In this document: positions 8,073 to 15,740 of the stretch, piece after piece
How the letters are laid out: the number at the start of each line of letters is the position of its first letter
Position numbering within the stretch: the stretch's first letter is position 1
Source: Niallia tiangongensis
Lineage (GTDB): Bacteria > Bacillota > Bacilli > Bacillales > Cytobacillaceae
Direction of reading: 5' to 3'
Length of the DNA: 24,000 bases
Assembly: GCF_044704065.1 (NCBI RefSeq)
Contig: NZ_CP162613.1
Span: 4,660,031-4,684,030 of the forward strand
Position numbers and translations under genes: made by a program
Notes under the pieces: model-generated
Seen by the model: only the letters and a program-made list of their open reading frames with translations
What the model was told of the DNA's origin: nothing
Database searches by the model: none

Positions 8073-8945
8073 CTCCCCAAACGCAAGCTGATAGTTATAA
8101 ACAGCACCAATTAAATTTGCATCATTCCTGAATTGGCATAATTCCACTTCTGGAAGAAAGGAGGCAACTTTAACGCTTTTCACTACTTTTTCGAGGTGAG
8201 CATTTAACTCGCCGATTAGGCCCTCTTTGCTGGAGATTCCACCGCCAATGATGATTTTCTCAGGGTCAAAGCTGTACTGGAGATTATAGATGCCTGTTGC
8301 TAAATAGTGATAGAAGGTTTCTACTTCCTCTTTTGCCACCGCATCACCTTGTTCTGCGAGCTCAAATACTTCCTTGCCGCTTAATTCAGTCTCCAGCTCC
8401 AGTCGCTTGGAATAACGCTTCGCCATTCGGACAGGGGTAGCAAGTGTACTGAATGTTTGATCATCTTTAAGGAGCATAAAGCCAAATTCGCCGCCAAATA
8501 GATGCTTGCCGTGTTGAATTTTCCCATCGACGATAACTGCACCGCCTATTCCAGTGCCGATGACTACAAATAGCACATTCTTTAATCCAGTTGCTGCTCC
8601 TCGCCAAACCTCTGCAAGTCCTGCACAGTTTGCATCATTTTCCATCGTGACTGGGCAATCAAACAGTTCTTCTAGTTCGAAAACTATAGGAAAGTGGTGA
8701 ATATACGGAACAGCGCTTGCTCCTTCAATCACGCCTTTTGCTTGATTTACGGCACCTGGAGCACTGAATGCAACGCCCTCAATCGTATATTCCGCTGCCA
8801 TTTTTTCTTTTAGCTGGAGCATTTCTCGTTTCATCTCTTCCCAAGTTTTCGGTGTAACAAAGGAGCCTTTGTCCACTAGCTGTTCTTTTTCCCATACTGC
8901 AAACTTTACGGAAGACCCGCCTATATCCATTACTAATAAAGACAT
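8070..8945 (-). CDS. ROK-family sugar kinase (possibly a beta-glucoside/glucose kinase)
   Basis: N-terminal ATP-binding motif LVMDIGGSSVKFAVW. Other ROK family signatures are present: MENDANCAGLAE, VVIGTGIGGAVIVDGKIQHGKHLFGGEFG, IIIGGGIS. RBS GAGGTGGTGA lies upstream. Confidence 0.85.
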   Translation of the reverse strand: MSLLVMDIGGSSVKFAVWEKEQLVDKGSFVTPKTWEEMKREMLQLKEKMAAEYTIEGVAFSAPGAVNQAKGVIEGASAVPYIHHFPIVFELEELFDCPVTMENDANCAGLAEVWRGAATGLKNVLFVVIGTGIGGAVIVDGKIQHGKHLFGGEFGFMLLKDDQTFSTLATPVRMAKRYSKRLELETELSGKEVFELAEQGDAVAKEEVETFYHYLATGIYNLQYSFDPEKIIIGGGISSKEGLIGELNAHLEKVVKSVKVASFLPEVELCQFRNDANLIGAVYNYQLAFGE

Positions 8946-8983
8946 TTTATCACCACCTCATTTATGTCTGCGCTTTCAATCCT

Positions 8984-8989
8984 ATTATA
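8984..8989 (-). promoter_or_regulatory. Candidate sigma-A -10 box (TATAAT) for the ROK kinase gene
   Basis: The - strand reads ...TTGCGG-(18 nt)-TATAAT-aggattgaaagcgcagacataaatGAGGTGGTGataaaATG. The -35 match is weak and overlaps the 3' arm of the preceding terminator. Confidence 0.35.
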
Positions 8990-8994
8990 GCCTG

Positions 8995-9029
8995 TAATAA
9001 AAGACCACCGCAAAGAATGTGCGATGATC
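8995..9029 (-). terminator. Rho-independent terminator (or attenuator) between the GH1 gene and the ROK kinase gene
   Basis: The - strand RNA is GAUCAUCGCA-CAUUCUU-UGCGGUGGUC followed by UUUUAUUA. The stem is 10 bp, including two G-U pairs. Confidence 0.65.
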
Positions 9030-9043
9030 TTCGTAAAATATTA

Positions 9044-10432
9044 TTAAAACCCGTTATTTTCACTTACTTCTTTGATCCAATGACCAGACTTCTTAATTGT
9101 CTTCACTTGTGTATGGATATTGTTAGAGATAAATCCATAGCGATTGCGATACGCATTCATCCAGCTCCAGCAATCAATTGGCGTCCACAAATGATAGCCG
9201 TAGCAATTAGAGCCTTCTTCGATTCCTTTATGAAGCCACTCTAAATGCTCTTGGATAAATTCGATACGATAATCGTCCTCGATTACGCCTTCTTCATTTA
9301 AAAAGCGTTCTTCTCGGGAAACACCCATTCCATTTTCAGAAACGAACCACTCAATATTTTTATAATTATCACGGATATTAAGGGCGATATCATAAAGTGC
9401 CTTCGGATAGATTTCCCAGCCCTTATCTAAATTCATGCGGCGACCAGGCATATCATAGTTATCAAAGTAACGGTCTGGCATCCAGTCTCCCACACTATTC
9501 GGCGCAACATCTGGCGCTTTTACACGAGATGGATGATAGAAATTCACCCCAAGTGTATCAATCGTATTTTCTTTTAATATCGCAAGCTCTTCTTCTGTTG
9601 ATTCCCAAATCGCTTTATCTTTTGTCAAAAGCTCTACTAATGCAGGTGGGAATTCCCCATAAACAGCTGCATGCAGGAACATTTCATTGCGCCACAGGTC
9701 GGCAGTTTGGCCTGCTTCCACGTCTTCTGGCTTATCACTTGCTGGATATGAAGGCGTTAAGTTTAGGATTGTTCCGATTTTTGCCCCTGTTTCATTCAAC
9801 TTCAGGTCACGGAATTCTTTAATGGCTTTTGCAGAAGCAAGATTTAGATTATAAGCTACTTGCACCGCTTTTTTCCCATTTACTAGTTTTGGATAATGGA
9901 ATTGATATAAATATTGACCTTCCACAATTACCATTGGCTCATTAAAAGTAAACCAATGTTTCACACGATCACCGAATAACTCAAAGCAACGTCGCGCAAA
10001 TTTTGCGAAAAGATCAACGACATGCTTAGACTCCCAGCCACCATATTTATGATAAAGCTCTGCTGGCAAATCAAAATGATGTAGGTTAAATACAGGAGTA
10101 ATACCTTGTTTAATAAATTCATCAATGACATTATTATAAAAATTCACGCCATCCTCATTTAAACTAGCTGTTTCGAAATCATCAATTAAACGAGTCCATT
10201 GAATCGAAGTACGGACAGAGTTTAAGTTGATTTCTTTCATTAGCGCAATATCTTCTACGTAGCTATTATAAAAATTAGATGCTGTGTCTGGTCCAACTTG
10301 GTTATAAAATACTTCTGGCTCTACTTCATACCAGTAGTCAAAAACGTTCGCATGCTGTTTATTAAAACGACCTTCACTTTGTGGTCCAGACGTAGCTGCA
10401 CCCCACCAAAAATTCTCCGGAAATTTCTTCAT
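9044..10432 (-). CDS. Glycoside hydrolase family 1 (6-phospho-beta-glucosidase-like)
   Basis: Motifs: FPENFWWGAATSGPQSEG, acid/base TFNEP, nucleophile SENGMG. The C-terminal WTPIDCWSW has Ser where non-phospho beta-glucosidases carry Glu, which favours a phospho-sugar substrate. The ORF-track start 10519 lies inside the TATAAT box. ATG 10432 has AAAGGAG 8 nt upstream and matches the usual GH1 N-terminus. Confidence 0.85.
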   Translation of the reverse strand: MKKFPENFWWGAATSGPQSEGRFNKQHANVFDYWYEVEPEVFYNQVGPDTASNFYNSYVEDIALMKEINLNSVRTSIQWTRLIDDFETASLNEDGVNFYNNVIDEFIKQGITPVFNLHHFDLPAELYHKYGGWESKHVVDLFAKFARRCFELFGDRVKHWFTFNEPMVIVEGQYLYQFHYPKLVNGKKAVQVAYNLNLASAKAIKEFRDLKLNETGAKIGTILNLTPSYPASDKPEDVEAGQTADLWRNEMFLHAAVYGEFPPALVELLTKDKAIWESTEEELAILKENTIDTLGVNFYHPSRVKAPDVAPNSVGDWMPDRYFDNYDMPGRRMNLDKGWEIYPKALYDIALNIRDNYKNIEWFVSENGMGVSREERFLNEEGVIEDDYRIEFIQEHLEWLHKGIEEGSNCYGYHLWTPIDCWSWMNAYRNRYGFISNNIHTQVKTIKKSGHWIKEVSENNGF

Positions 10433-10504
10433 TATTCTATCTCCTTTATCTTTTGTCGTTGAGTCTTCTAATCTAGTAATTTTTATTTCGTTCATACTCT
10501 TTCC

Positions 10505-10519
10505 TGTTATCGTTTTCAT
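10505..10519 (-). promoter_or_regulatory. Candidate catabolite-responsive element (cre, CcpA site)
   Basis: The - strand ATGAAAACGATAACA satisfies every fixed position of the cre consensus WTGNAANCGNWNNCW. It lies immediately downstream of, and overlaps, the -10 box of the GH1 promoter. Confidence 0.5.
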
Positions 10520-10546
10520 TATAATGTATATACTTAAAAATGTAAA
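10518..10546 (-). promoter_or_regulatory. Sigma-A-type promoter of the GH1 gene
   Basis: The - strand reads TTTACA-(17 nt: tttttaagtatatacat)-TATAAT. This gives a leader of about 75-80 nt before ATG 10432. Confidence 0.7.
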
Positions 10547-10630
10547 TGTCTAGATTAATTTTCACTTTATAAAAATCATAGTTGGTGGTAAAGGGGTTTT
10601 GAGGTCCTATTTTAGAAAGGTTAGGTAGGA

Positions 10631-10985
10631 TTTACTTGGTAGGTGTAATTTTTTTTGTGGAATTTGATATTGGATTGTGGTGGGGTGGAGTTTATTTGCG
10701 GTTTTAAATCTTTTATTTGCGGCTTTTCCCTCTTTATTTGCTAGTTTCGCCATTTTACTTGCGGCTTTTACACTTTTACTTGCAGCTCTTACACTTTCTT
10801 GCAACTTTCTCACGTTTACTTGCAGCTTTTACACTTTCACTTGCGACTCACGCACTTTTACTTGCAACTTCTACCCTTTTACTTGCGACTCTTACACTTT
10901 TACTTGCAACTCCCACACTTTTACTTGCAACTCCCACACTTTTACTTGCAACTCCCACACTTTTACTTGCAACTCTCCCCAATTC
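10631..10985. repeat. Tandem array: about 17 copies of a 21-bp unit (consensus ACTTGCrACTCyyACACTTTT), homologous to the 7545-8072 array
   Basis: Anchors occur at 10636, 10655, 10675 (degenerate), then 10696, 10717, 10738, 10759, 10780, 10799, 10820, 10841, 10862, 10883, 10904, 10925, 10946 and 10967. There are three consecutive perfect copies of acttgcaactcccacactttt (10902-10964). Confidence 0.95.
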
Positions 10986-11104
10986 CCTTCACCTCCATCA
11001 ACCCAAAACCCAACAATCTTTAAGAAAAAACCGGAATTAATGTATATCTGCGGAATTGTCTGCATTTCTTAGAAGTAACAGATTTTCAATTAAAGGGGGA
11101 CTCT

Positions 11105-12226
11105 ATGGTGGGACGACATTCGAAGAAGTTAATGGTGGTAGAGGCGGTAAAGGATTGGGTGATGGAAGGGAGAGTGAAGCCGGGGGAGCGGATTTATTCG
11201 GAGTATGAGCTTTCTAAACTGTTTGATGTGAGCAGGAATACGGTTCGCTTAGCGATTGGGGAGCTTGTGGATGATGGGTGGCTTTATCGGGAGCCGGGTG
11301 TTGGCACTTTTTGTGGGGAGCCTTTTGCTAGTAAAATAGGGGATAACCGAACGAATGGGAAGAATATTGGGGTGATGGCAACGTATATTTCCGATTATAT
11401 TTTCCCATCAATCATTCGTGGAATGGAGAGCTATTTGAAGGATAGAGGCTACTCCTTAACAGTAGTTTGTACGGAAAATGATCATGCCAAAGAACGCCTA
11501 TGTATTCGGAATCTCCTTGATTTGAAAATGGATGGACTTATTTTGGAGCCTACGAAAAGCAGTCAATTTAATCCCAATATGGACTATTATCTGGAGCTGG
11601 AGGAACGTAATATTCCGTATGTGATGATTAATCAGTTTTATTCGCAGCTTTCTCCTTTTCATTTCATCATGGATGATGTCAAAGGTGGATATATGGCGAC
11701 AGATCATCTGCTTCAGCTTGGTCATGAACAAATTCTAGGCATCTTTAAATCGGATGATTTGCAGGGAGTCAATCGGATGAAGGGCTTTTTGCAGGCGATG
11801 CGAAATGGGAAGCTTCCGATTGTTCCAGAGCTTTTAGTAACCTTTACTACGGAACAGTTAAGCGATGATTTTGAAGAAAGATTATTGAATACGCTTACAA
11901 ATAAGAAGACGATGCCAACTGCGATTGTTTGTTACAATGATCTCGTCGCACGATCTGCATTAAAGGTTTTACAAAAATTACAATTATCCGTACCAGAGGA
12001 TGTCTCCCTTATCGGTTTTGATGATTCTTCTTTAGCAGAAGAAATAAACCTAACAACCATGGCTCATCCCAAAAGCCGTATGGGAATCGATGCCGCTAAA
12101 TCTATACTTGCAGCTATAGAGGGAAAAGAACTCGATCCATTAGAGACTTCAACTATTTACGAACCAGAATTAATCGTACGTTCATCGACCGACGTCGTTA
12201 AAAAGAACAGATCCGCAGTGTTTTGA
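11105..12226 (+). CDS. AraR-like transcriptional regulator (GntR-type N-terminal wHTH plus LacI/PBP1-type sugar-binding domain)
   Basis: The N-terminus VKDWVMEGRVKPGERIYSEYELSKLFDVSRNTVRLAIGELVDDGWLYREPGVGTFC parallels B. subtilis AraR. The C-terminal part has LacI/GalR sugar-binding motifs (AIVCYNDLVA, SLIGFDD). RBS AAAGGGGGA lies upstream. Confidence 0.8.
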   Translation: MVGRHSKKLMVVEAVKDWVMEGRVKPGERIYSEYELSKLFDVSRNTVRLAIGELVDDGWLYREPGVGTFCGEPFASKIGDNRTNGKNIGVMATYISDYIFPSIIRGMESYLKDRGYSLTVVCTENDHAKERLCIRNLLDLKMDGLILEPTKSSQFNPNMDYYLELEERNIPYVMINQFYSQLSPFHFIMDDVKGGYMATDHLLQLGHEQILGIFKSDDLQGVNRMKGFLQAMRNGKLPIVPELLVTFTTEQLSDDFEERLLNTLTNKKTMPTAIVCYNDLVARSALKVLQKLQLSVPEDVSLIGFDDSSLAEEINLTTMAHPKSRMGIDAAKSILAAIEGKELDPLETSTIYEPELIVRSSTDVVKKNRSAVF

Positions 12227-12238
12227 CACATGCGGATC
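12210..12238. terminator. Hairpin spanning the regulator's stop codon; likely terminator for the convergent permease gene
   Basis: gatccgcagtg-ttttga-cac(a)tgcggatc. The TGA stop of the + strand gene lies in the loop. On the - strand the hairpin is followed by ctgttcttttt. No T-tract follows on the + strand. Confidence 0.55.
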
Positions 12239-12246
12239 CTCGGCTA

Positions 12247-13299
12247 CTATAAAATAACTTTTCCTATTAATCCACTGATAATACCTAATACAACAACGGA
12301 AAGACTTACAAATACGAGCACTTTCCTTGGGAAGGATTTCGCTACGATCAATAAGGATGGCAAGCTAATGCTTGGTAATGTAATAAGCAAGGCTGCAGCT
12401 GGTCCTGCGCCAAGCCCCATCAGCATTAAGGTTTGAATAATTGGGATTTCTGCTGCCGTTGGAATAACGAACAGCATTCCAGCAATGGCAAAAATCAGGA
12501 TAGCGATTAAACTATTAGACATGCTGTCACTTAATTGTGGGAAAATCCAAAATCGTGCAGCTCCTAAAATTAAAACAGACAAAACATACGCCGGAACGAC
12601 ATAAAGAACCATGCTTCCTAAAGAAGTAAGCCATCTTTTCATAAAGGAACGCTTATCCTCTTCTGCATCTTCTAGTAATTTATCAACAGATACAGTTGGC
12701 GTATCTTTCACAAAGCGATTAGCGAGATAGCTAATGCCAAACGTTAAAACTAGTCCAATCACAAGACGTAATAATGTAAACTTCCAAGAAAGGACAAAGG
12801 TCATAAAAATTAAGGTTGCTGGATTGATAGTCGGGTTCCCTATCCAAAAAGCTAAACTTGCGCCGACGGAAGCATTTTTTTTGCGAAGTCCAACTGCAAC
12901 TGGCGCGGCACAGCAAGTACACATCATCCCTGGAATGGATGCAAGTCCTGCAGCTGCTGTACTGCCAAAGCTAGTTTTCCCTAGAACCTTCAGCAACCAC
13001 CCCGACGGTAACAGCACTTGAACAAGGGATCCAAGCAGAATACCTAAAACTGCTGCTTTCCATACAGATTGGAAGTAGGCAACGGTATAATTTACTGCCG
13101 CATTCCAAGTAAAAGTGTTTGAAATCTGATCTTGGAGAATCGAATCTCCAATAGAATGTGTTTGAAAAGAAAGGATCGCTTTATGATAATAAGGCCACCA
13201 TTTCACATAAGTAAGACCAATTACCGTAACTACTATAAATAGAAAAGCGAACCAAAACGTTCTTTTTTGGCTTGATTGCTCCTCTGTTAACGTACTCAT
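12247..13299 (-). CDS. Multi-pass permease, PF03773-like (YraQ/ArsP_1, 'predicted permease' family)
   Basis: About 9-10 hydrophobic segments. The motif GLASIPGMMCTCCAAPVAVGLRKKNASVGASLAFWIGNPTINPATL (vicinal Cys pair in a TM segment) is characteristic of this family. The ORF track starts at 13320. ATG 13299 has AGGTGA 5 nt upstream, whereas 13320 has no RBS and sits about 12 nt from the predicted transcription start. Confidence 0.75.
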   Translation of the reverse strand: MSTLTEEQSSQKRTFWFAFLFIVVTVIGLTYVKWWPYYHKAILSFQTHSIGDSILQDQISNTFTWNAAVNYTVAYFQSVWKAAVLGILLGSLVQVLLPSGWLLKVLGKTSFGSTAAAGLASIPGMMCTCCAAPVAVGLRKKNASVGASLAFWIGNPTINPATLIFMTFVLSWKFTLLRLVIGLVLTFGISYLANRFVKDTPTVSVDKLLEDAEEDKRSFMKRWLTSLGSMVLYVVPAYVLSVLILGAARFWIFPQLSDSMSNSLIAILIFAIAGMLFVIPTAAEIPIIQTLMLMGLGAGPAAALLITLPSISLPSLLIVAKSFPRKVLVFVSLSVVVLGIISGLIGKVIL

Positions 13300-13338
13300 C
13301 TCTTTCACCTTCGATATCATTAAATTAAGTGCGATTAA

Positions 13339-13347
13339 ATTATATCA
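13339..13347 (-). promoter_or_regulatory. Candidate extended -10 promoter (TGaTATAAT) for the permease gene
   Basis: The - strand reads aTGTGATATAATtta. I see no good -35, but the TG extension could compensate. Confidence 0.4.
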
Positions 13348-13497
13348 CATATTTATTTTTAGACACTCGAAAAAGATTTAACCTCCTTTTTTTCCCATCC
13401 AATCTACATAGCATGCATTGAGCTTCCCATTGCTTTATAATAGATAATGAAGCTTATAAAAAAATATTTATTTTACTAGAAAGAAGGTTGGTGTCAT

Positions 13498-14547
13498 ATG
13501 ACACAGTCTTATTCCGTTAAACTTACATCTTTATCTTCCAAAGGAGGCTGCGGCTGTAAAATTGGACCTGCTGATTTATCTGAAGTGATTCGTACCCTTC
13601 CACCAGCTGAAAAAAATCCAAATCTTCTTGTTGGCTTAGATACAAGCGATGATGCTGGCGTATACAAGCTTACAGATGATTTAGCGATTGTCCAAACCGT
13701 TGATTTTTTCACACCGATTGTGGATGATCCCTATTCATTCGGACAAATTGCTGCGGCAAATGCCTTAAGTGATATATATGCAATGGGCGGCAAACCATTA
13801 ACTGCCTTAAATATTGTTGCTTTCCCTATTACTGTATTGGAAAAAGAAATTCTGGCTGATATTATGCGCGGAGCCGGCGATAAAGTAAAAGAAGCTGGAG
13901 CTACACTTGTTGGCGGTCATTCTATCGATGATAAAGAGCCTAAATTTGGTCTTGCTGTCACTGGTACCATTCATCCAGATAAAGTCCGTACAAATGCAGG
14001 AGCTAAGCCTTCTGATAAACTAATTTTAACAAAGCCAATTGGTGTCGGCATTTTAACTACTTCTATTAAAAGAGGCCTTTTGACAACAGAAGAAATTGAT
14101 CGTGTTACGAAAGTTATGGCTACACTAAATAAGAAGGCTGCTGAAGTGATGGAAGCTTATGAGGTGCATGCTTGTACGGATGTCACTGGATTTGGACTTC
14201 TTGGACATGCTTCTGAAATGGCAAAAGGAAGCAATACCACTATTAAAATCGCGTCCAATCAAGTTCCTGTTCTTCCTCGTGTAAAAGAACTAGCACAAGA
14301 AGGCGTTATTCCTGGTGGTACGAAAAATAACTTTGCTCATTTAGAAGGCGATGTTACTTTCTCTTCTGAATTGGATGAAATCGATCAATTGATTTTATGC
14401 GATGCGGTAACCTCTGGTGGATTGTTGATCTCCGTTAAAGGCAACCAAGCAGATTCATTGCTGCAAGAATTAGTTGATGCTGGCGTAGAAGCTGCCATCA
14501 TTGGTGACGTCACAGACGAGAGCCCTGGCCATATTTTTGTTGGGTAA
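13498..14547 (+). CDS. selD: Selenide, water dikinase (selenophosphate synthetase), Cys form
   Basis: The N-terminal LSSKGGCGCKIGPADL is the SelD glycine-rich Cys/Sec loop, with Cys here and no in-frame TGA. AIR-synthase-like fold motifs are present (DDAGVY, DFFTPIVDDPYSFGQIAAANALSDIYAMGG, GGHSIDD). Confidence 0.9.
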   Translation: MTQSYSVKLTSLSSKGGCGCKIGPADLSEVIRTLPPAEKNPNLLVGLDTSDDAGVYKLTDDLAIVQTVDFFTPIVDDPYSFGQIAAANALSDIYAMGGKPLTALNIVAFPITVLEKEILADIMRGAGDKVKEAGATLVGGHSIDDKEPKFGLAVTGTIHPDKVRTNAGAKPSDKLILTKPIGVGILTTSIKRGLLTTEEIDRVTKVMATLNKKAAEVMEAYEVHACTDVTGFGLLGHASEMAKGSNTTIKIASNQVPVLPRVKELAQEGVIPGGTKNNFAHLEGDVTFSSELDEIDQLILCDAVTSGGLLISVKGNQADSLLQELVDAGVEAAIIGDVTDESPGHIFVG

Positions 14548-14565
14548 GAGAAAGGCGGAGCTACC

Positions 14566-15627
14566 TTGTTTCAAGATATAACGATTGAACGATTATTTGA
14601 ATTACGGGAGAAAAAAGAATTTTCCTTAGTGGATGTTCGCTCTCCCTCTGAATTTCATGAGCATTCCATTCCAGGCAGTATTAATATTCCACTTTTTACA
14701 GATGAAGAAAGAGCAGAGGTTGGAACAATTTATAAACAAGTCAGCGTAGAAGCAGCAAAGGCTCGTGGCTTGGAAATTGTTTCAGCCAAGCTGCCTGCTT
14801 TCATCCAATCATTCCAGGAACTATCCAGAGATGTAGTGGTCTTCTGCTGGCGCGGCGGAATGCGTAGCAAAACAGCGGCAACGCTTATCGATTTAGTGGG
14901 TGTGCATAGCTACCGCTTGCAAGGTGGATTCCGCACGTATCGCAGGTGGGTCATTCACAAACTAGATACAATGGAAATGGCTCAAGAAGCAATCGTGTTA
15001 AATGGCTATACTGGTTCCAATAAAACCGTGATTCTGCAGCAATTAAAACAAGAAGGACTTCCTGTTCTCGAATTGGAAGGAATGGCGAATCACCGTGGGT
15101 CGATCTTCGGACAAATTGGCCTAAAGCCTAACAATCAGAAAACATTTGATTCCTTACTTGTCGGCGAAATCGAAAAGCTGCCCCCTTCTCCCTATTTTTT
15201 AATGGAAGGAGAAAGCAAGCGCATCGGAAAAGTATTGCTGCCAGACTTTCTTTTGAAAAAAAAGGAGTATGGTGCGCAGCTCTTTATCCATATGCCAATC
15301 GAGGAGAGAGTCCAGCATATATTAGCAGACTATTCTCCATGGGATCATCACGACGAATGTGTAGAAGCATTTCAGCTAATAAAGCGACGCATTCACACAC
15401 CAGCTGCCGCTAAAATAGAAGAAGCATTGCAGACCGAAAATTACGCCGAGGCCGTCGCACTGCTGCTAACCTATTACTACGATCCACTTTACGAAAGAAC
15501 GGCAATGCAATACAAAGATGAACAAACAATCGACTTATATGTAAAAAACACAGAGGATGCGATTGCCAAAGTAAAAGAATTTTGGCAAAAGAAAAGTCGC
15601 ACTGCACAGAAAAGCGAAGTTAACTAG
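14566..15627 (+). CDS. selU: tRNA 2-selenouridine synthase (SelU/MnmH/YbbB)
   Basis: N-terminal rhodanese domain with active-site loop VVFCWRGGMRS, then a P-loop-like GYTGSNKT and a C-terminal SelU-type region. TTG start with GGCGGAG upstream. It lies 18 nt after selD, so the two are probably one operon. The P-loop has N where the textbook Walker A (GxxxxGK[ST]) has G. Confidence 0.85.
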   Translation: MFQDITIERLFELREKKEFSLVDVRSPSEFHEHSIPGSINIPLFTDEERAEVGTIYKQVSVEAAKARGLEIVSAKLPAFIQSFQELSRDVVVFCWRGGMRSKTAATLIDLVGVHSYRLQGGFRTYRRWVIHKLDTMEMAQEAIVLNGYTGSNKTVILQQLKQEGLPVLELEGMANHRGSIFGQIGLKPNNQKTFDSLLVGEIEKLPPSPYFLMEGESKRIGKVLLPDFLLKKKEYGAQLFIHMPIEERVQHILADYSPWDHHDECVEAFQLIKRRIHTPAAAKIEEALQTENYAEAVALLLTYYYDPLYERTAMQYKDEQTIDLYVKNTEDAIAKVKEFWQKKSRTAQKSEVN

Positions 15628-15654
15628 CACTCTGTTGGTTTTTGCGGTAAGAGT

Positions 15655-15697
15655 GAGCTTTACTGCTTGTTTTTGGACAAGCGGTAGAGCTTTTTTG
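15655..15697 (+). terminator. Rho-independent terminator of selD-selU
   Basis: gagctttactgcttg-tttttgga-caagcggtagagc followed by ttttttg. The stem is about 13 bp with two mismatches or wobbles. Confidence 0.75.
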
Positions 15698-15740
15698 TTG
15701 TTATGGATTGGTGAGAGTTGCAGTTACAATCTGAAAGTTT

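Noticed and set aside
7454-8131. The + strand ORFs of 225, 79 and 104 aa inside the 21-bp array, and likewise 10677-11072 (131, 107, 74 aa) and 15718-15942 (74 aa)
   Set aside because: All three frames are open only because the 21-bp (7-codon) unit lacks stops on the + strand. The products are monotonous hydrophobic heptads (e.g. LLLATPT x n). They have no RBS, and the 225-aa ORF runs antisense into the ROK gene. They are not credible genes.
10433-10519. N-terminal extensions in the ORF track: GH1 from 10519, gtaB from 17038, oxidoreductase from 5040, reductase from 7448, permease from 13320, MFS from 986
   Set aside because: In each case the extension contains the gene's own RBS or its -10 box. 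Examples are the TATAATG at 10519, AAAGGAGG inside the 17038 extension, and GAGGTG supplying the 'GTG start' at 5040. In each case a downstream start has proper SD spacing and matches homologue N-termini.
10607-10813. A - strand 68-aa ORF with lysine/alanine heptads (AASKSVKAASKMAKLANKEGKAANK...), considered as a possible leader peptide or coiled-coil mini-protein upstream of GH1
   Set aside because: It is simply the complement reading of the 21-bp array where units happen to lack TAA. Neighbouring units of the same array contain in-frame stops. No RBS is present, and the ORF would end upstream of the mapped-looking GH1 promoter.
3076-10985. CRISPR interpretation of the regularly spaced repeats
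   Set aside because: The units are contiguous with no unique spacers between them. The 21-bp repeats have no dyad symmetry, there is no leader/repeat/spacer organisation, and there are no cas genes in the window.
13498-15627. Selenocysteine-decoding system or selenoprotein genes near selD
   Set aside because: SelD carries Cys (GCGCK), not an in-frame TGA. The window has no selA, selB or tRNA-Sec, and I noticed no ORF interrupted by a single in-frame TGA with a downstream hairpin. The locus is consistent with selenouridine use only.
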